The notes beneath the pieces are model-generated. The model made no database searches and had not been told where the DNA came from. It saw only the letters and a program-made list of their open reading frames with translations. From the NCBI RefSeq assembly GCF_006345805.1, contig NC_043002.1, positions 41,354,001-41,418,000 of the forward strand: a stretch of 64,000 nt of DNA, written 5' to 3'. Shown piece by piece: positions 48,706 through 62,319 of this stretch. The position numbers and the translations under genes are program-made. The stretch is from Octopus sinensis (taxonomy: Eukaryota). The stretch's first letter is position 1, and the number at the start of each line of letters is the position of its first letter.

Positions 48706-50108
48706 GAGAAAAGCTTTTGACAGGGTCCCCCGATCCCTTGTCTGGTGGTCATGCAGAAACGAGTGGTTGATGAGAGTTGTACAAGTCATATACAGGGATG
48801 CTACCAGTAAGGTGAGGGTTGGAAATGAATACAGTGAAGAATTTAGGGTACAAGTAGGGGTTCACCAAGGATCGGTCCTCAGCCTCCTCTTGTTCATCAT
48901 AGTCCTCCAAGCAATAACAAAGGAATTTAAGACAGGCTGCTCCTGGGAGCTCCTCTATACTGATGACCTTGTTCTTATAGCTGATTCACTACCAGCACTA
49001 GAGAAGAAGTAATAGGTATGGAGGCAAGGTCTGGATTCAAAGAGCCTTAGAGTTAACCTAGCAAAAACCGAAATCTTAGTAAATAGGATGGCAGACAAAT
49101 CACAACTCCCTTCAGGTAGATGGCCCTGCTTGATCTGTAGAAAAGGTGTAGGTAGTAACTTTGTATGATGCACTTGGTGTAAGCTTTGGACACATAAAAG
49201 GTGCAGCAATATCAGAGGAAGGTTAACAGGGAAAATAGCTTTTGTGTGTGGTAGGTGCACAGGTACAATAAATAACAAAAATTTACAGAAAATAGACTCC
49301 ATCAACTGCCATGGGGGTAAGTTAGAGGTAGAAGATGGGTTCTGTTATCTAGGTGACTAAGTTAGTAGTAGAGGTGGATGCACCAAAAGCATAGCTCTCA
49401 GAATAAGGTTAGGCTGGGCAAAGTTTAGAGAGCTCCTGCCTCTGCTGGCTACAAAGAGCCTCTCTCAGAGTGAAAGGCAGATTATATGATACCTGTGTGT
49501 GAACATCTATGCTACATGGCAGTGAAACATGGGCTGTGACAGCCAAGGACATGTGTAGGCTTGAAAGAAATGAAGCCAGTATGTTTCTCTTGGTGTACAT
49601 TATCAGTGTGCATGTTCGACAGAGTGTAAGCCTCTTGAGAGAAAAGTTAGGCATAAGAGGCATCAGATGTGGTGTGCAAGAGAGATGAATTCGTCAGTAT
49701 GGTCATGTGATGCATATGGACAAGGACAGCTGCATAAAGAAGTGCTGATTCCTAACTGTGGAAGGAACCTGTGGTAAAGGTAGACCCAGGAAGACATGGT
49801 ATAAGGTGGTGAAGCATGATCCTCGAATTTACAGCCTCACAAAGGCAATGACTAGTGACTGAGACCATTGGTGATATGCTGTGCTTGAGAAGACCTGTCA
49901 AGCCAAGTGAAATCGCAGTCATGGCTGATGCTGGTGTCACATAACTGGCACCCATTACACTCTCGGAGTGGTTGGTGTTAGGAAGGGCATCCGGCCATAA
50001 AAACCATGCCAAAATGGACTGGAGTCTGATGCAACCTTCCAGCTTGACAGCCCTGGTCAAACCATCAAACCCATGCCAGCATGGACAACAGACGTTAAAT
50101 GATGATGA
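48706..50108 (+). pseudogene. RTE LINE reverse transcriptase, C-terminus and 3' UTR ending in (GAT)n
   Basis: KAFDRVP..VGVHQGSVLS..LLYTDDLVLIA..LRVNLAKTEI..FCYLG..MLHGSETW..GRPRKTW; several stops and frameshifts. Confidence 0.92.
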
Positions 50109-50114
50109 CGAGGG

Positions 50115-50269
50115 TTTTCTTTCAGTTTCTGTCTACCAAATCCACTTACAAGGTCTTGGTCAGCCCGGGGCTATAGTAGAAGACACTTGCCCAAGGTACC
50201 ATGCAGTGGGACTGAACCTGGAACCATGTGGTTGAGAAGCAAGCTTCTTACCACACAGCCATGTATGTA

Positions 50270-50342
<73 letters not shown>

Positions 50343-50660
50343 ATGTGTATATGTATATATATGTGTGTGTGTATGTATGTATATATATATGTGTGTGTGT
50401 GTGTATGTATGTATATACATATATATATATATATAGGTATATATATTTGTGTTTGTCCCCCACTATTACTTGACAACCAGTGTTGGTTTGTTTACATCCT
50501 TATAACTTAGTGTTCAGAAAAAGAGACTGACAGAATAAGTAGTACCAGGTTTTAAAAAACAAAAAAAATATTGGGCTCAGTTTGTTTGACTAAACTCTTC
50601 TAAGCGATACTCTAGCATGGCCACAGTCCAGTGACGGAAACGAGGAAAAGGATAAAAGAA
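50115..50660. mobile_element. Two opposed SINE family B halves joined through a TA/TG microsatellite
   Basis: Minus head 50115-50275, plus tail 50440-50660. Confidence 0.7.
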
Positions 50661-51498
50661 AGCAGTTCATTATTTGTCCCCTAGAAATCCTCTCCATGAG
50701 AAACACTGACTTAATGCATCGTAGTTAATCAGTTTTCTCTATCAAGCACGTCCTGCAACAGATGGGTTAAACTTGATCGAAACAGCATGAGGAGGATATA
50801 AGGGGAGAGAGTGAGGGAAGTATTGCTTACTAGATGAGGTTATGTACTTGTTGATACTGAAAGAAGATATTTCTCATAACTTGCCAAAGTACTAGTAATT
50901 GAATCTCTTTAGAAAAAAAAACCAAAAAAAAAAAAACAGCTGTGTGATTGGAGTTGAAGGGCAGGAGTGATAGGGGGAGTGCAGGAGAGATAATTTCCCT
51001 GGGACTTCTTCTGCATGAAAGCCAAGTGGTGAAGTGAAGTCTGTGCTAACTTAACTTAGTGAGATGAAAACAAAATGACAAAAACAAACTGCCATTAGTT
51101 GACTTGGACTTAGAAAGACAAAGGAGGCAACTGTAAATTTAGATTAATTAGAAAGAGAATGGATTAGAATGAGTTCAATACTTGTTTCTTTGAGGAAGTT
51201 TAATAAGGACTGAAATATATCTATAATAACCCCTGTACTTCTATACAAATTAGATTTAGTCCCCATTGCATTATAACTTTCAATTTTTAATTAATTTAAA
51301 TTTCGATGTTGTCTCTTTTGACCAGAATTAATCATAGGCGCAGACATGGCTACATGGAAGAAGCTTGCTTTCTGATCACATGGTTCTACATTCAGTCCCA
51401 CTGTGTGGTACCTTGGGCAAGTGTCTTCTACTATAGCCTTAAGCCTTGTGAGTGGATTTGGTGGATGGAAACTGAAAGAAGCCTGTCGTATATATATA

Positions 51499-51602
<104 letters not shown>

Positions 51603-51610
51603 CATATATA

Positions 51611-52498
51611 CAGGATGTAGTGAATATTTTGTCTTCTAAATGATGCAAGAATGAAAATAACACTAATATCTCATTTTAACAGATATATTTACCAAAATTA
51701 CATATAAATATCTTGAAATAATGAAGAGTAAATTTATTTAATAAAATCAACATTAGCATCAACCACAGTCTCCAGACAACTTCAGAATCTCCTGCAACTC
51801 TTCTGGATGGTCTCCTTGTTTAAGTTGGTGAATGCTGCTATAATCCTTGCCTTCAGTTCATCTTTAGTGTTACGTGGAGTTTTATTGGTCTCTTGCTCAA
51901 CTGTACCCCACACATAATAATCAAGGCGGTTGCAGTCTGAGGGATTAGGTGGCCAGATGTTAAGAGTGGTGTAGTCGCAGAAATTGTCTAACAGCCATGA
52001 CTAGGTTCTCCTACTTGTGTGGCGTGGTGCAGAGTTTGTTGCCAGACATAGGGTCTCCCAGCAGCCACCCTCTTGACCCAAAACAGCACTGCCTCCTCCA
52101 GGCACTTGATGTAGGCCTCCGTGTTGAGTCTGAGGCCATGTGGGAAGTTGAATGGAGGCATAATGTCATCATCGCTAGTGATCACTCCAAACACCATGAG
52201 GTTGACTGGATATTTGATTTTTATCACTCTCGATACATGTTTTGGGGACACAGCAAGCCAACAGTTATTCTGTGTGTTCAACATCTGTTCGTATTGGAGC
52301 TTCCGGCGTGAAAGTCAAGCAGTGCAGCATATTGTTTCCAAATTTCTGACAGAATGAATTGCATCATGGTGCTGTTTCTCTCACAGACAGTGCCCAGCTA
52401 ACTCTACTATACTGTGTAGTTGACAAAATCAAGAACAAACTATACACATGCGCGAAATTAAAAATATATAATGGCAACAATTTACCCATCACACCCTG
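51611..52498 (-). pseudogene. Tc1/mariner (DD37D/maT-like) transposase relic
   Basis: LMVFGVITSDDDIMPPF.FPHGLRLNTEAYIKCLE..YVWQQ..WPPN(P)PDCNRLDYYVWG; ends CAGG.TG flanked by TA but TIRs only partly match. Confidence 0.8.
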
Positions 52499-52559
52499 TA
52501 TATATGTATAAATATACCTACTTAAAAACAGGTAAGGATCAGTTACAGGAAGGGCATCT

Positions 52560-52980
52560 GGCCGTTTGCCAGCTCTGTCTGGCCCCCGTGTCGGTGGCAC
52601 GTAAAAGCACCATCCGTTCGTGTCCGTTGCCAGCCTCGCCTGGCCCCCGTGCTGGTGACACGTAAAAGCACCATCCGTTCGTGGCCATTTGCCAGCTCTG
52701 TCTGGCCCCTGTGTTGGTGGCACGTAAAAGCACCATCCGTTCGTGTCTGTTGCCAGCCTCGCCTGGCCCCCGTGCCGGTGACACGTAAAAAGCACCCACT
52801 ACACTCACGGAGTGGTTGGCGTTAGGAAGGGCATCCAGCTGTAGAAACACTGCCAGATCTGGCTGGGCCTGATGAAGCCTTCCAGCTTCACAGACCCCAG
52901 TTGAACCGTCCAACCCATGCTAGCATGGAAAACGGATGCTAAATGATGATGATGATGATATGGATGATGATGATGATTGA
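52560..52980 (+). mobile_element. RTE-type 3' end with ABAB ~61-bp minisatellite
   Basis: GGCACGTAAAAGCACC units at 52560-52797, followed by the standard tail. Confidence 0.85.
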
Positions 52981-52987
52981 TGATGAT

Positions 52988-53584
<597 letters not shown>

Positions 53585-54991
53585 TTCTTCGTGTTTGTCC
53601 CACTTCGATCACTTGACAACCAGTGTTGGTGTGTTTGAGTTCCTGTAACTTAACAATTTGGCAGGGGACACCGATGGAGTGGGTGCCGGGATTAAGAGGT
53701 TGGGTACTATGGCTGATTCATTCATTCGAGTAAAAATTCAAGGCAGTGGCCCAGCATAGCTGCAGTCAAATGACTGAAACAAATAGAAGATAAAAGATTA
53801 AGCTAATGGTTATTCCCCTCCCCTATCCTATTCCAGTTCCACCCCATTGCAGGTATGATTTAAATTGAAATTTTTTTTTTTGGTTCACTGCATGAAATAT
53901 TCACCACAAAGTCCAGACTTTATTGTAGTGTGGCGGTTTATGTACCACAAGTCCCTGAGAGCATATGCCAGTGGATCACAAGTGCCTCATAGGGGCCCTC
54001 CCATGCTGAGCAGGTTAAAGGAGAGAGGCCACACTAATATGGTTCACTTGTTCTCAGAGGTAAAAATGGGTTTGCTTAGGGCCAACACCTGTACCTGGAA
54101 AAAAACAAGCAAAGTTACAGAAGAATCGATAACAGTTCAAAACCGATAATACCTAAGAGAGGAAGGCCTTCCCTCAGGAGGTGCCCTCACTCCCATACTG
54201 AAGGAGTGGCTCTGAAGATAGCCTTGAGTTGAGAACATTGGAGAAAAGTCATTTATAGCCTATGCTCCATAGGAGCAAAGCACTTAACCCTTTTGCATTC
54301 AGAATATTCTCATGATCTCATTGTCTGCTAGATGATAGGTTCACTCCCCTGCTTGCAATATATGTAGAGTGAAGATTGCATTTGTAACCAGCTGGTGGGG
54401 TATCTCCCAGAAGTTAAAATACTAGTAATGTCAAGCAGCCATATTGGTGTGGCGATAAACATTACTTCTCAGTATAGTTACAACTAACATCTCTTATTGA
54501 GATTTTCTAACTAGCTACTCTGCTTGTGTGTGTGTGTGTTTTTGCCTCCTTCTGACATCACATGATGATTGTAAACAAACGTCTCTGTCATGCAAGCTGT
54601 GTCTTTCATTTCCAGTCTTCTGTGAAAACGTGTCTGGTTGAGGAGAAATATTAACCTACTTAAAAACAGGTAGGGATCAGTTACAGGACGGGCATCTGGC
54701 CATAGAAAATCTGCCTCAACAAATTCTGTCTCACCCATGCCAGGAAAGCATGGAAAAGTTTGTATTAAAACGATGATGATGACGATGATATATACAAAAG
54801 CTTAAGAATAATTAATTTCATTATTAAGGAATATCATAATAAGCCATAGTCAACTTAAAAGTAACTTAAGAAAAATGGACACTCTGTCAGTTATGACAAT
54901 GAGTGTTCCAGTTGATCTGATCATTGGAACAGACTACTTCTGAAATTAATATGCAAGTGGCTGAGTGCTCCACAAACATGCACACCCTTAA

Positions 54992-55216
54992 CCCTTATGA
55001 TACCAAGCCACCTGAAGCTGCCTCTGGCTCTGTAGTACAAATGTCTTGTTTTCATAAGTCTTGAATTAAAATCTTCCATCAAACCTTAGTCACAGTTTAT
55101 GTTCCTAACACTAGCTTAATGATAGCTGAGTTATTTTACTAAATTCTTTTTTTATATTTAAAATTAATTGAAAGAAGCACAGAGTGTCTCAAAAGAAATA
55201 TGGTAACACAAAAGGG
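54992..55216. mobile_element. TTAA-target (piggyBac-like) MITE inserted in a minus-strand SINE (54880-55410)
   Basis: TTAA at 54988-54991 and 55217-55220, CCCTT/AAGGG termini; the host SINE resumes in register. Confidence 0.85.
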
Positions 55217-55849
55217 TTAATGTAGTTCACAGGGAGATTCATCGTGACCCAGAATGTGACAAGGCCCTTTAAAATACAGGTACAACTCATTTTTGTCTGG
55301 AGCAATGTGAAATAAAGTGTCTTGCTCAAGGACACAATGTGTTGCCAGGAATTGAACTTACAACCTTATGATCTTGAACTGAATACCCTAACCACTATGT
55401 CACATGCCTTCATTATGGTCAACTTACAAAGCTATCTATAAACACAAATGTTAGCTTGATAGTTATGACCATTGAAAGTTCTCACTCAACACATTGTTCC
55501 CTCTTTTTTTTTGTTTGCTTATAAATATTGCAGAGTGATTTATCTCTCTAATTTCAGGCTGTCTAATATCACACGATCACATGGCAATATAGTTTAACAT
55601 GACAATATATTTATTCGAAATGTTTATGAGAAATTTGTAATTCTTACTAAGTATTTCAGTTTCTTTTTTTACTCAATTAAAACAGAAATAACATCATTGG
55701 GAGTCTGCAATAGATTATCAACTTGTTCAGTAGTTGGAGTCATAAGTTTCTATGGTCCACACACCATCAGAAGAACTATATTGTGTTTATAACAAAGACA
55801 CTCAGCAACTTTTGTCATTTCAGTCAACATACAATAGTCAAAGTGAAGA

Positions 55850-56135
55850 CACTTGGCTTCATGGTTAAGGTATTTGGCTTATGACCATGAGGTCATGATT
55901 TCAATCCCTGGTGGTGCATTGTTTCCTTGAGCAAGCCACTTTATTTCACATTGCTCCAGTCCACTCAGCTGGCAAAAATGAATTGTACCTGTAATCCAAA
56001 GGGCCAGCCTTGACACATTCTGTGTCACACTAACTCTTCCTGAGAACTGCTTTAGAGGTACACATGTCTGTGGAGTTCTCAGCCACTTGCACGTTAATTT
56101 CATGAGGAGACAGTTCCATTGATCAGATCAACTGG
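55850..56135 (+). mobile_element. SINE (family C-type head, D-type body)
   Basis: Head TGGCTTCATGGTTAAGG.., GAGCAAGCCACTTTATTTCACATTGCTCCAG; reverse complement of the 54880-55410 and 59300-59600 type. Confidence 0.75.
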
Positions 56136-56838
56136 AATTGACAGAGTGCCAGTTGACAGTCTAAGTAATTGGATTTGATCTTTAGAACATTTCAGCTCAT
56201 CACTATATTTCAATGAAACATTGCCTTAATTACACAATGCAGTTTTGAGAGTTTGTATATTTTCCTTGGGCATTAAGTGCAACATTGCCAATAAGCTACA
56301 AAACATATGCTCTTCTGTTGGTAGATTGAAACTCTAACATGGTAATTCTCAGCATGTAGAATTTATATCCTAAAGGGCAGTGGGGACATAAGAGATAATT
56401 TAGTAGGGAAGTAGGTAATTCCCATGAGGGGCCTGACACCTTGTTTAGTGAAGCATGAAATTATTTTATTTCAAAATCTAAAGAAATGAACATACATACA
56501 AATGTATAGTGTATGATTGAGATTGATAATTCTAAATGGAATAATAATCCTTTCTACTATAGGCACAAGCCCTGAAATTTGAGGGGAGGAGGTAAGCTGA
56601 TGACATCGACCTTGGGCTGAACAACAACAACAACAACATTATACAGAATGATAAAAAAAACAACAAAACAAAACAATATCTTGCATGACTATGAAATTAA
56701 GATGCTCATTGAGCAACCATGTGGTTTTGGGCTCAGTACCAGTGTGTGGAACCTCGAGCAATTATCTTCTACTGTAGCTTTGGTTGCTTAATTGTCTTGT
56801 GAATGAATTTAGCAGATGGAAGCTGTTTGGAAGCCCAT

Positions 56839-56879
<41 letters not shown>

Positions 56880-56882
56880 ATA

Positions 56883-57769
56883 ATGGGTCATCCCACAAAT
56901 AATGTGGGTTTTTTAATACTCCTTTTATTTTTCAAAATTAAGATAAACAAAGTTCTTTTTTAATCTAAAATATACTCTCCTTCATTTACTAGAATGCTCT
57001 TCCATCTATCTGGTAGACTTGCAAGGCCCCTCCTCCAAAATTCACTTGACCATGACAAAAAATACTCCTCCAGTACTGTTCTGACCTCATCTATAGAATT
57101 CATATTTTTTCCATCCAAATGATTTTGAAGACTGCACAATAAATCATAATGAAATGGTGCAATGTCCAGTGAATATGGTGGGTGGGGCATATCCCATTCA
57201 AACTACTCCAACCTTTGGAATGTCATCCTCACTGTATGTCGCCAAGCATCATCCTGAAGAAAGAACACTTCTCTTCTTGAAACCAAAGATGGTCATTTTT
57301 CTTCTAGCACAGGTGTTGATGAATGACTGAATGACCAAATCAATGTTTCTCTGCTAGTTTCTCAACAGTTAAAATGAGATTTTATTCCACCAGGGTTTAC
57401 AGGACGTCCTTATTGAGCTCTGCAGATCTTCCAGGATGTGGCTCGTATTCTAGGCTGTAGTTTCCAGCTTGGAATTTCTGGAACCACTATTGACACTGGC
57501 TTATGGTTATTGTCCAATCCCCATATACTGTCTTTATTGAACTCATAAAGCAAAATATGCCAAATATGCTCCTTTGTCACTTCCATTATAGCTTCAAAAA
57601 AATAACTGTTAAAATCGAGCTGCACTTTTCAAAACTTGCACTAAGAATAAAGACAAGATAAAATTACTACCTGCTTTTATAGCAACTTGATGCAGGTAAT
57701 TTATCCCGTCCCCCTCGGACTTTTAGTTCATGCAATTGAAAAAACCGCATTATTTATGGGATGACCCAA
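56883..57769 (-). mobile_element. Internally deleted mariner (DD34D) with TIRs
   Basis: TIR TGGGTCATCCCA(C/T)AAATAATG(T/C)GG at both ends, TA flanks; MEVTKEHIWHILLYEFNK N-terminus and HPPYSLDIAP..LQNHLDGK..LPDRWKSIL.NEGEYILD C-terminus. Confidence 0.92.
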
Positions 57770-58175
57770 TATATATATATATGTATGTATGTATGTATGC
57801 ATGTATCTATGCATGCATACATGTATGTATGTATGAATGTATCTGTGTATGTATGTACGTATATGTGTATGTGCCTTTGTTTCTGTGTTTGTTCCACCAC
57901 TGCAACTTGGCAACTGGTCTTAGTTTGTTTATGTCCTTGTGACTTACCAGTTTGGCAAAAGAGACCAACAGAATACGTACTAGACTAATTTTTAAAAAAA
58001 TGAGTAGTCAAGTCAATCTATTCAACAATAAAAAAAAACTTTTAAGGTGGTGCTCCAGTATTCCCATAGTCTACTGACTGAAACAAGTAAAAGATGATTA
58101 AAAAGACAAATCATACTAGAGAGAGAGAGAGAGAGAGAGAGAAGAAAAAAGCAAAAACAGAGAATGCTGGGAGAT

Positions 58176-58590
58176 GGCGCAGGAGTGGCTGTGTGGTAAG
58201 TAGCTTGTTTACCAACCACATGTTTCCAGGTTCAGTCCCACTGCATGGCACCTCGGGCAAGTGTCTTCTACTATAGCCTCGGGCCGACTAAATCTTTGTG
58301 AGTGGATTTGGTAGATAGAAACTGAAAGAAGCCCATCGTATATATGTGTATATATATATATGCGTGTGTGTGTTTGTGTGTCTGTGTTTGTCCCCCTAGC
58401 ATTGCTTGACAACCGATGCTGGTGTGTTTATGTCCCCATTACTTAGCGGTTCGGCAACAGAGACTGATAGAATAAGTACTGGGCTTACAAAAGAATAAGT
58501 CCTGGAGTTGAGTTACTCGATTAAAGGCAGTGCTCCAGCATGGCCGCAGTCAAATGTCTGAAACAAGTAAAAGAGTAAAGAGTAAAGAGA
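58176..58590 (+). mobile_element. Full-length SINE family B
   Basis: Head GGCGCAGGAGTGGCTGTGTGGTAAG, B-box-like GGTTCAGTCCC, internal TA/TG tract, (AAAGAGT)n tail. Confidence 0.88.
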
Positions 58591-59279
58591 GATGAATAGT
58601 GACACACTTTGGTCTCTATAACATTAACAAAGCCAAATATAGTTTATATACTGTGAGAAGTGAATTTAAATGTTTCAAATGGGACCTTTCAATGGATATT
58701 ACTGATATAATTCTAAACATGACACTGTCCCACTGGGAATTCATATCAAGGTTATGACCCCAAAAACTAAAACAATGTAAATCTCTAAAGGATAACTGAT
58801 CATTAAGATTCACATGCTATATTGTGAAAAACCAATAAGTTGCAATTAAACTACAAACAGCAAGACTTAGTCACACAAGTTTTCTTTTCTTTTCAAATAT
58901 ATTAATTTTAATATGACATGCGAACTTTAAAATGAAGAGCAACATACTGGTCTTTACGTTATATGATATTGTTGGAAGATATAACGTTTTAGTACACAAC
59001 TATGTGTTGTTTAACCCTAGGTCAGGCCTGATCTATCAAGTAGACCTATGAAAAATGTATTCTGGTCAAAACTCTCCAGTTCTTCAGTCAGGTGTTAAGT
59101 ATCTAACATTAACCATGTTCCTCTCTTTTCAAGACAAAGGAAGTAATTTCAGTGGCATTTGGCTGCTATTTCTTCCCAACTGAGCAACCATATAGAATTA
59201 CTTAAGCCCTTCGCACCTTATGGAGCATAGACTATCAATAATTTTTCTTCATTGTTCTCAACTCTGGGATTTTCCTTAA

Positions 59280-59797
59280 CCCTTTAGCATTCAGATTACA
59301 TGGTTACGACAATGAGAGTTCCAGTTGATCTGATCAATGTGGAGTACTCAGCCACATGCAAGTGGCTGAGCACTCCACAGACACACTTACCCTTAATATA
59401 GTTCTCAGAGTGATTCAGCATGAAACAGAATGTAACAAGGCTGGCCCTTTGAAATACAGGTACACTTCATTTTTGCCAGCTGAATGAACTGGAGCAATGT
59501 GAAATAAAGTGCCTTGCTCAAGGACACAATGTGTCATCAGGAATTGAACTCCTGACCATATCATCATGAGCTGAGTAACCTAACCACTAAGCCACACACC
59601 TTTTCTGTTAACTATAATACTTGTTTATTCACATTATTTTGAATTTATCATGCACTAACATGTTGCTTTGAGATTTCAACGATGCAATTGTTTATTTCTA
59701 CTTTGAAGTGTAGGTGTGAGAGGCTGGATCTGGCCAGTTTGAACATAAAACTTGTAGAATATTTGGGCCGGATATGACCGGTTTAAATGCTAAAGGA
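59280..59797. mobile_element. TTAA MITE with a nested SINE (59300-59600)
   Basis: TTAACCCTTTAGCATT at the left end, AATGCTAAAGGATTAA at the right end. Confidence 0.75.
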
Positions 59798-59801
59798 TTA
59801 A

Positions 59802-60022
59802 CCCTTTCATTACTGTATTTATTTTGAGATGCTCTGTGTTTCTTTCAATTATTTTAAATATAACAAAGAATTTAGTAAAATAACTTCGTTATCATTCAGC
59901 TAGTGTTAGGAACATAAATTTTGATGAAGATTTGGTGGAAGGTGTGACTTCAAAACTTATGAAAACAAGACATTTATACTAAAGAGCCAGAGCCGGTTTC
60001 AGCCAAGTTGGTAACGAAAGGG
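59802..60022. mobile_element. TTAA MITE (same family as 54992-55216, opposite orientation)
   Basis: TTAA at 59798-59801 and 60023-60026. Confidence 0.85.
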
Positions 60023-60969
60023 TTAAGGAGTGACCTATCCTGTGAGACTGTCTTCTTCGCTCTGGTTTTGTTGATTTTGAAATGTCATTGATGTTTCTGT
60101 AACCTTTTTTCCCAGGTAGAGGTAGGTGTTGGCCCTACACAAATTCATTTTTATCTCTGGGAAAAGGTGGTCCATATTTGTCTAGCCTCTATCCTTTGGC
60201 CTGTCCAGGTTTTGTTGGCATGGCTCACAGGATCATGCCAATATGTGTGTGAGTTTGGATACACAGAGGGCAGGCAAGTTTAGATTGCAGCAGTTATGGT
60301 CTGGTGGTGGTGGTGAGTTTGACTAGCATACAAGCCACCACACTACAACATAGATTGGACTTTGTGGCTGAACCATATAGAATGGTGGTCCTTAACCAGG
60401 CTTGGAGTCCATACAAGATTTTACTGTCAAGATTTAAGTGCAATACATTAGTTATAATTTTACAATATAAAAAATATTTTAACAATTTTTTTCAGTTCCT
60501 AATAATATTTGATTATAAAAAGTATAATAGGATATTTTTAAACATTAAATGAATATGAGGGTCCAGTAGAATAAAATAGAAATGAAAGGGATGCATAGGT
60601 AAAAAGAAAAATGGTTGGGAAACAGTAATATAGAAAATCTTATTAAAAAAAATGTAGGAGACACTTTGGATAAAGTCCTCCTGGATTCCTTGCACATAAG
60701 GAAAAAAAACAGGATGGTCATGGCTGGAATGTCTTTGATTATAAGTCTACTTGATCATGACTGACTTAGGACAAGCCAACAACTACAACTGCCCACCTCC
60801 CACCACTGTCCAAACCAAGAGCCTTTACAGCAACAGTTCTCAACCATTTTTGTGTCTGTTGACCCCTTTCATTCCTATTTTACTCTCATCCCTTTTATTT
60901 TACTTTCATTCCTATTTTATTCCAGAGCCATTTGATGTATATATAAAAATAAAACCTGTAGTTTTATGA

Positions 60970-61440
60970 TTAAATATTATAAGGATGTCAAGCCAAGTGA
61001 AATTGTAGTCATGGCTGTTGGTGGTGTCATGTAAATGGTATCTATGAATCATAATCATGTCCATTGCTGGTAGAATGATCTTTGAATGTTGGGCCTCATG
61101 GAGGCAAGAACAAGTGACTGAGATTTTGTTGATATGCTCTGCTTGAGAAGATTCATCAAGCCAAGTGAAACCATAGTTGTGGCTGTTGCCAGTGACATGT
61201 AAACAACACTCATACCAGTGGCATGTAAAAATCACCCATTACACTCTGTAAAGAGGTTGATGTTAGGAAGGGCATCCAGCCATAGAAACCATGCCAATTC
61301 AGACTGGAACCTGGTGCAGCTCTTGGCATGCCAGTTCCAGTCAAACTGTCTAACCCATGCAAGCATGGAAAGCAGATGTTAAAACATGATGATGATGATG
61401 TGGAGGAGGAGGAGGAGGATGACGATGATGATGAGGAGGA
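60970..61440 (+). mobile_element. RTE-type 3' end with internal duplication and (GAT)/(GAG) tail
   Basis: CAAGCCAAGTGAAA repeated; tail homologous to 49880-50108. Confidence 0.8.
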
Positions 61441-61849
61441 GGATGAATTGTATAAAAATTTTTTAATATTCTGTGTGTTATTGAAGTTTATGCAGTTTAT
61501 TGCAGATAAATTCTAACAACAAAATCTTACATGGACACTGCCTCCACTCCCAGGGCCATATGAACTCCAGTTAACAACCACAACTTTACATGATTACTTG
61601 ACCTGCTAAAAATAGCTGCTAAACCTTCCCAAATCCTGCCTACTACCTTACAAAAAGCCAACAAAATGGACATACTGGATGGGCAATAATGATGATGAGA
61701 AAGCTGGGATAGCTTTTGATTAGAAGTCTCCTTGACCAGGTTTGAGTCGGGGCTAAGTAACAACAACAACAACTGGAATTTGTTTTCTTAACATAAACAA
61801 AGCAAGTAAATTCCATTTTGGAATGGACTTGTCCTTCTCTGTTCTTCAT

Positions 61850-62288
61850 TATCCTTCACTACCACTACTGACAACAACAACATGCTCTTCATTGCCATCG
61901 TCACCATCACCACCATTAACGTCATCATCATCATCATCATCACTACCACTCTACCACTGCCACCACCACCATTATTATTATTATCACCAGCATCATCATT
62001 ACCATCACTGCCTCCATCACTATCATCAGCACCAATATCATTACACCCTGCCATCATCAACATCACCACCACTTCCATCAGCATCACTTCCACTACCACC
62101 ACCACCACTGTCATCATCATTAGCATCATTAACACCACCATCATCACGACTACCATTGCCACCACCATCAGCACCATCATCCTCTTCATCGATATTGTCA
62201 CCGCCACCATCACAATAACCATTCTGCCACCTCCCCTTTCACCATCATCATTGTCACCACCACTAACATCATCATTATCATCATCATT

Positions 62289-62319
<31 letters not shown>

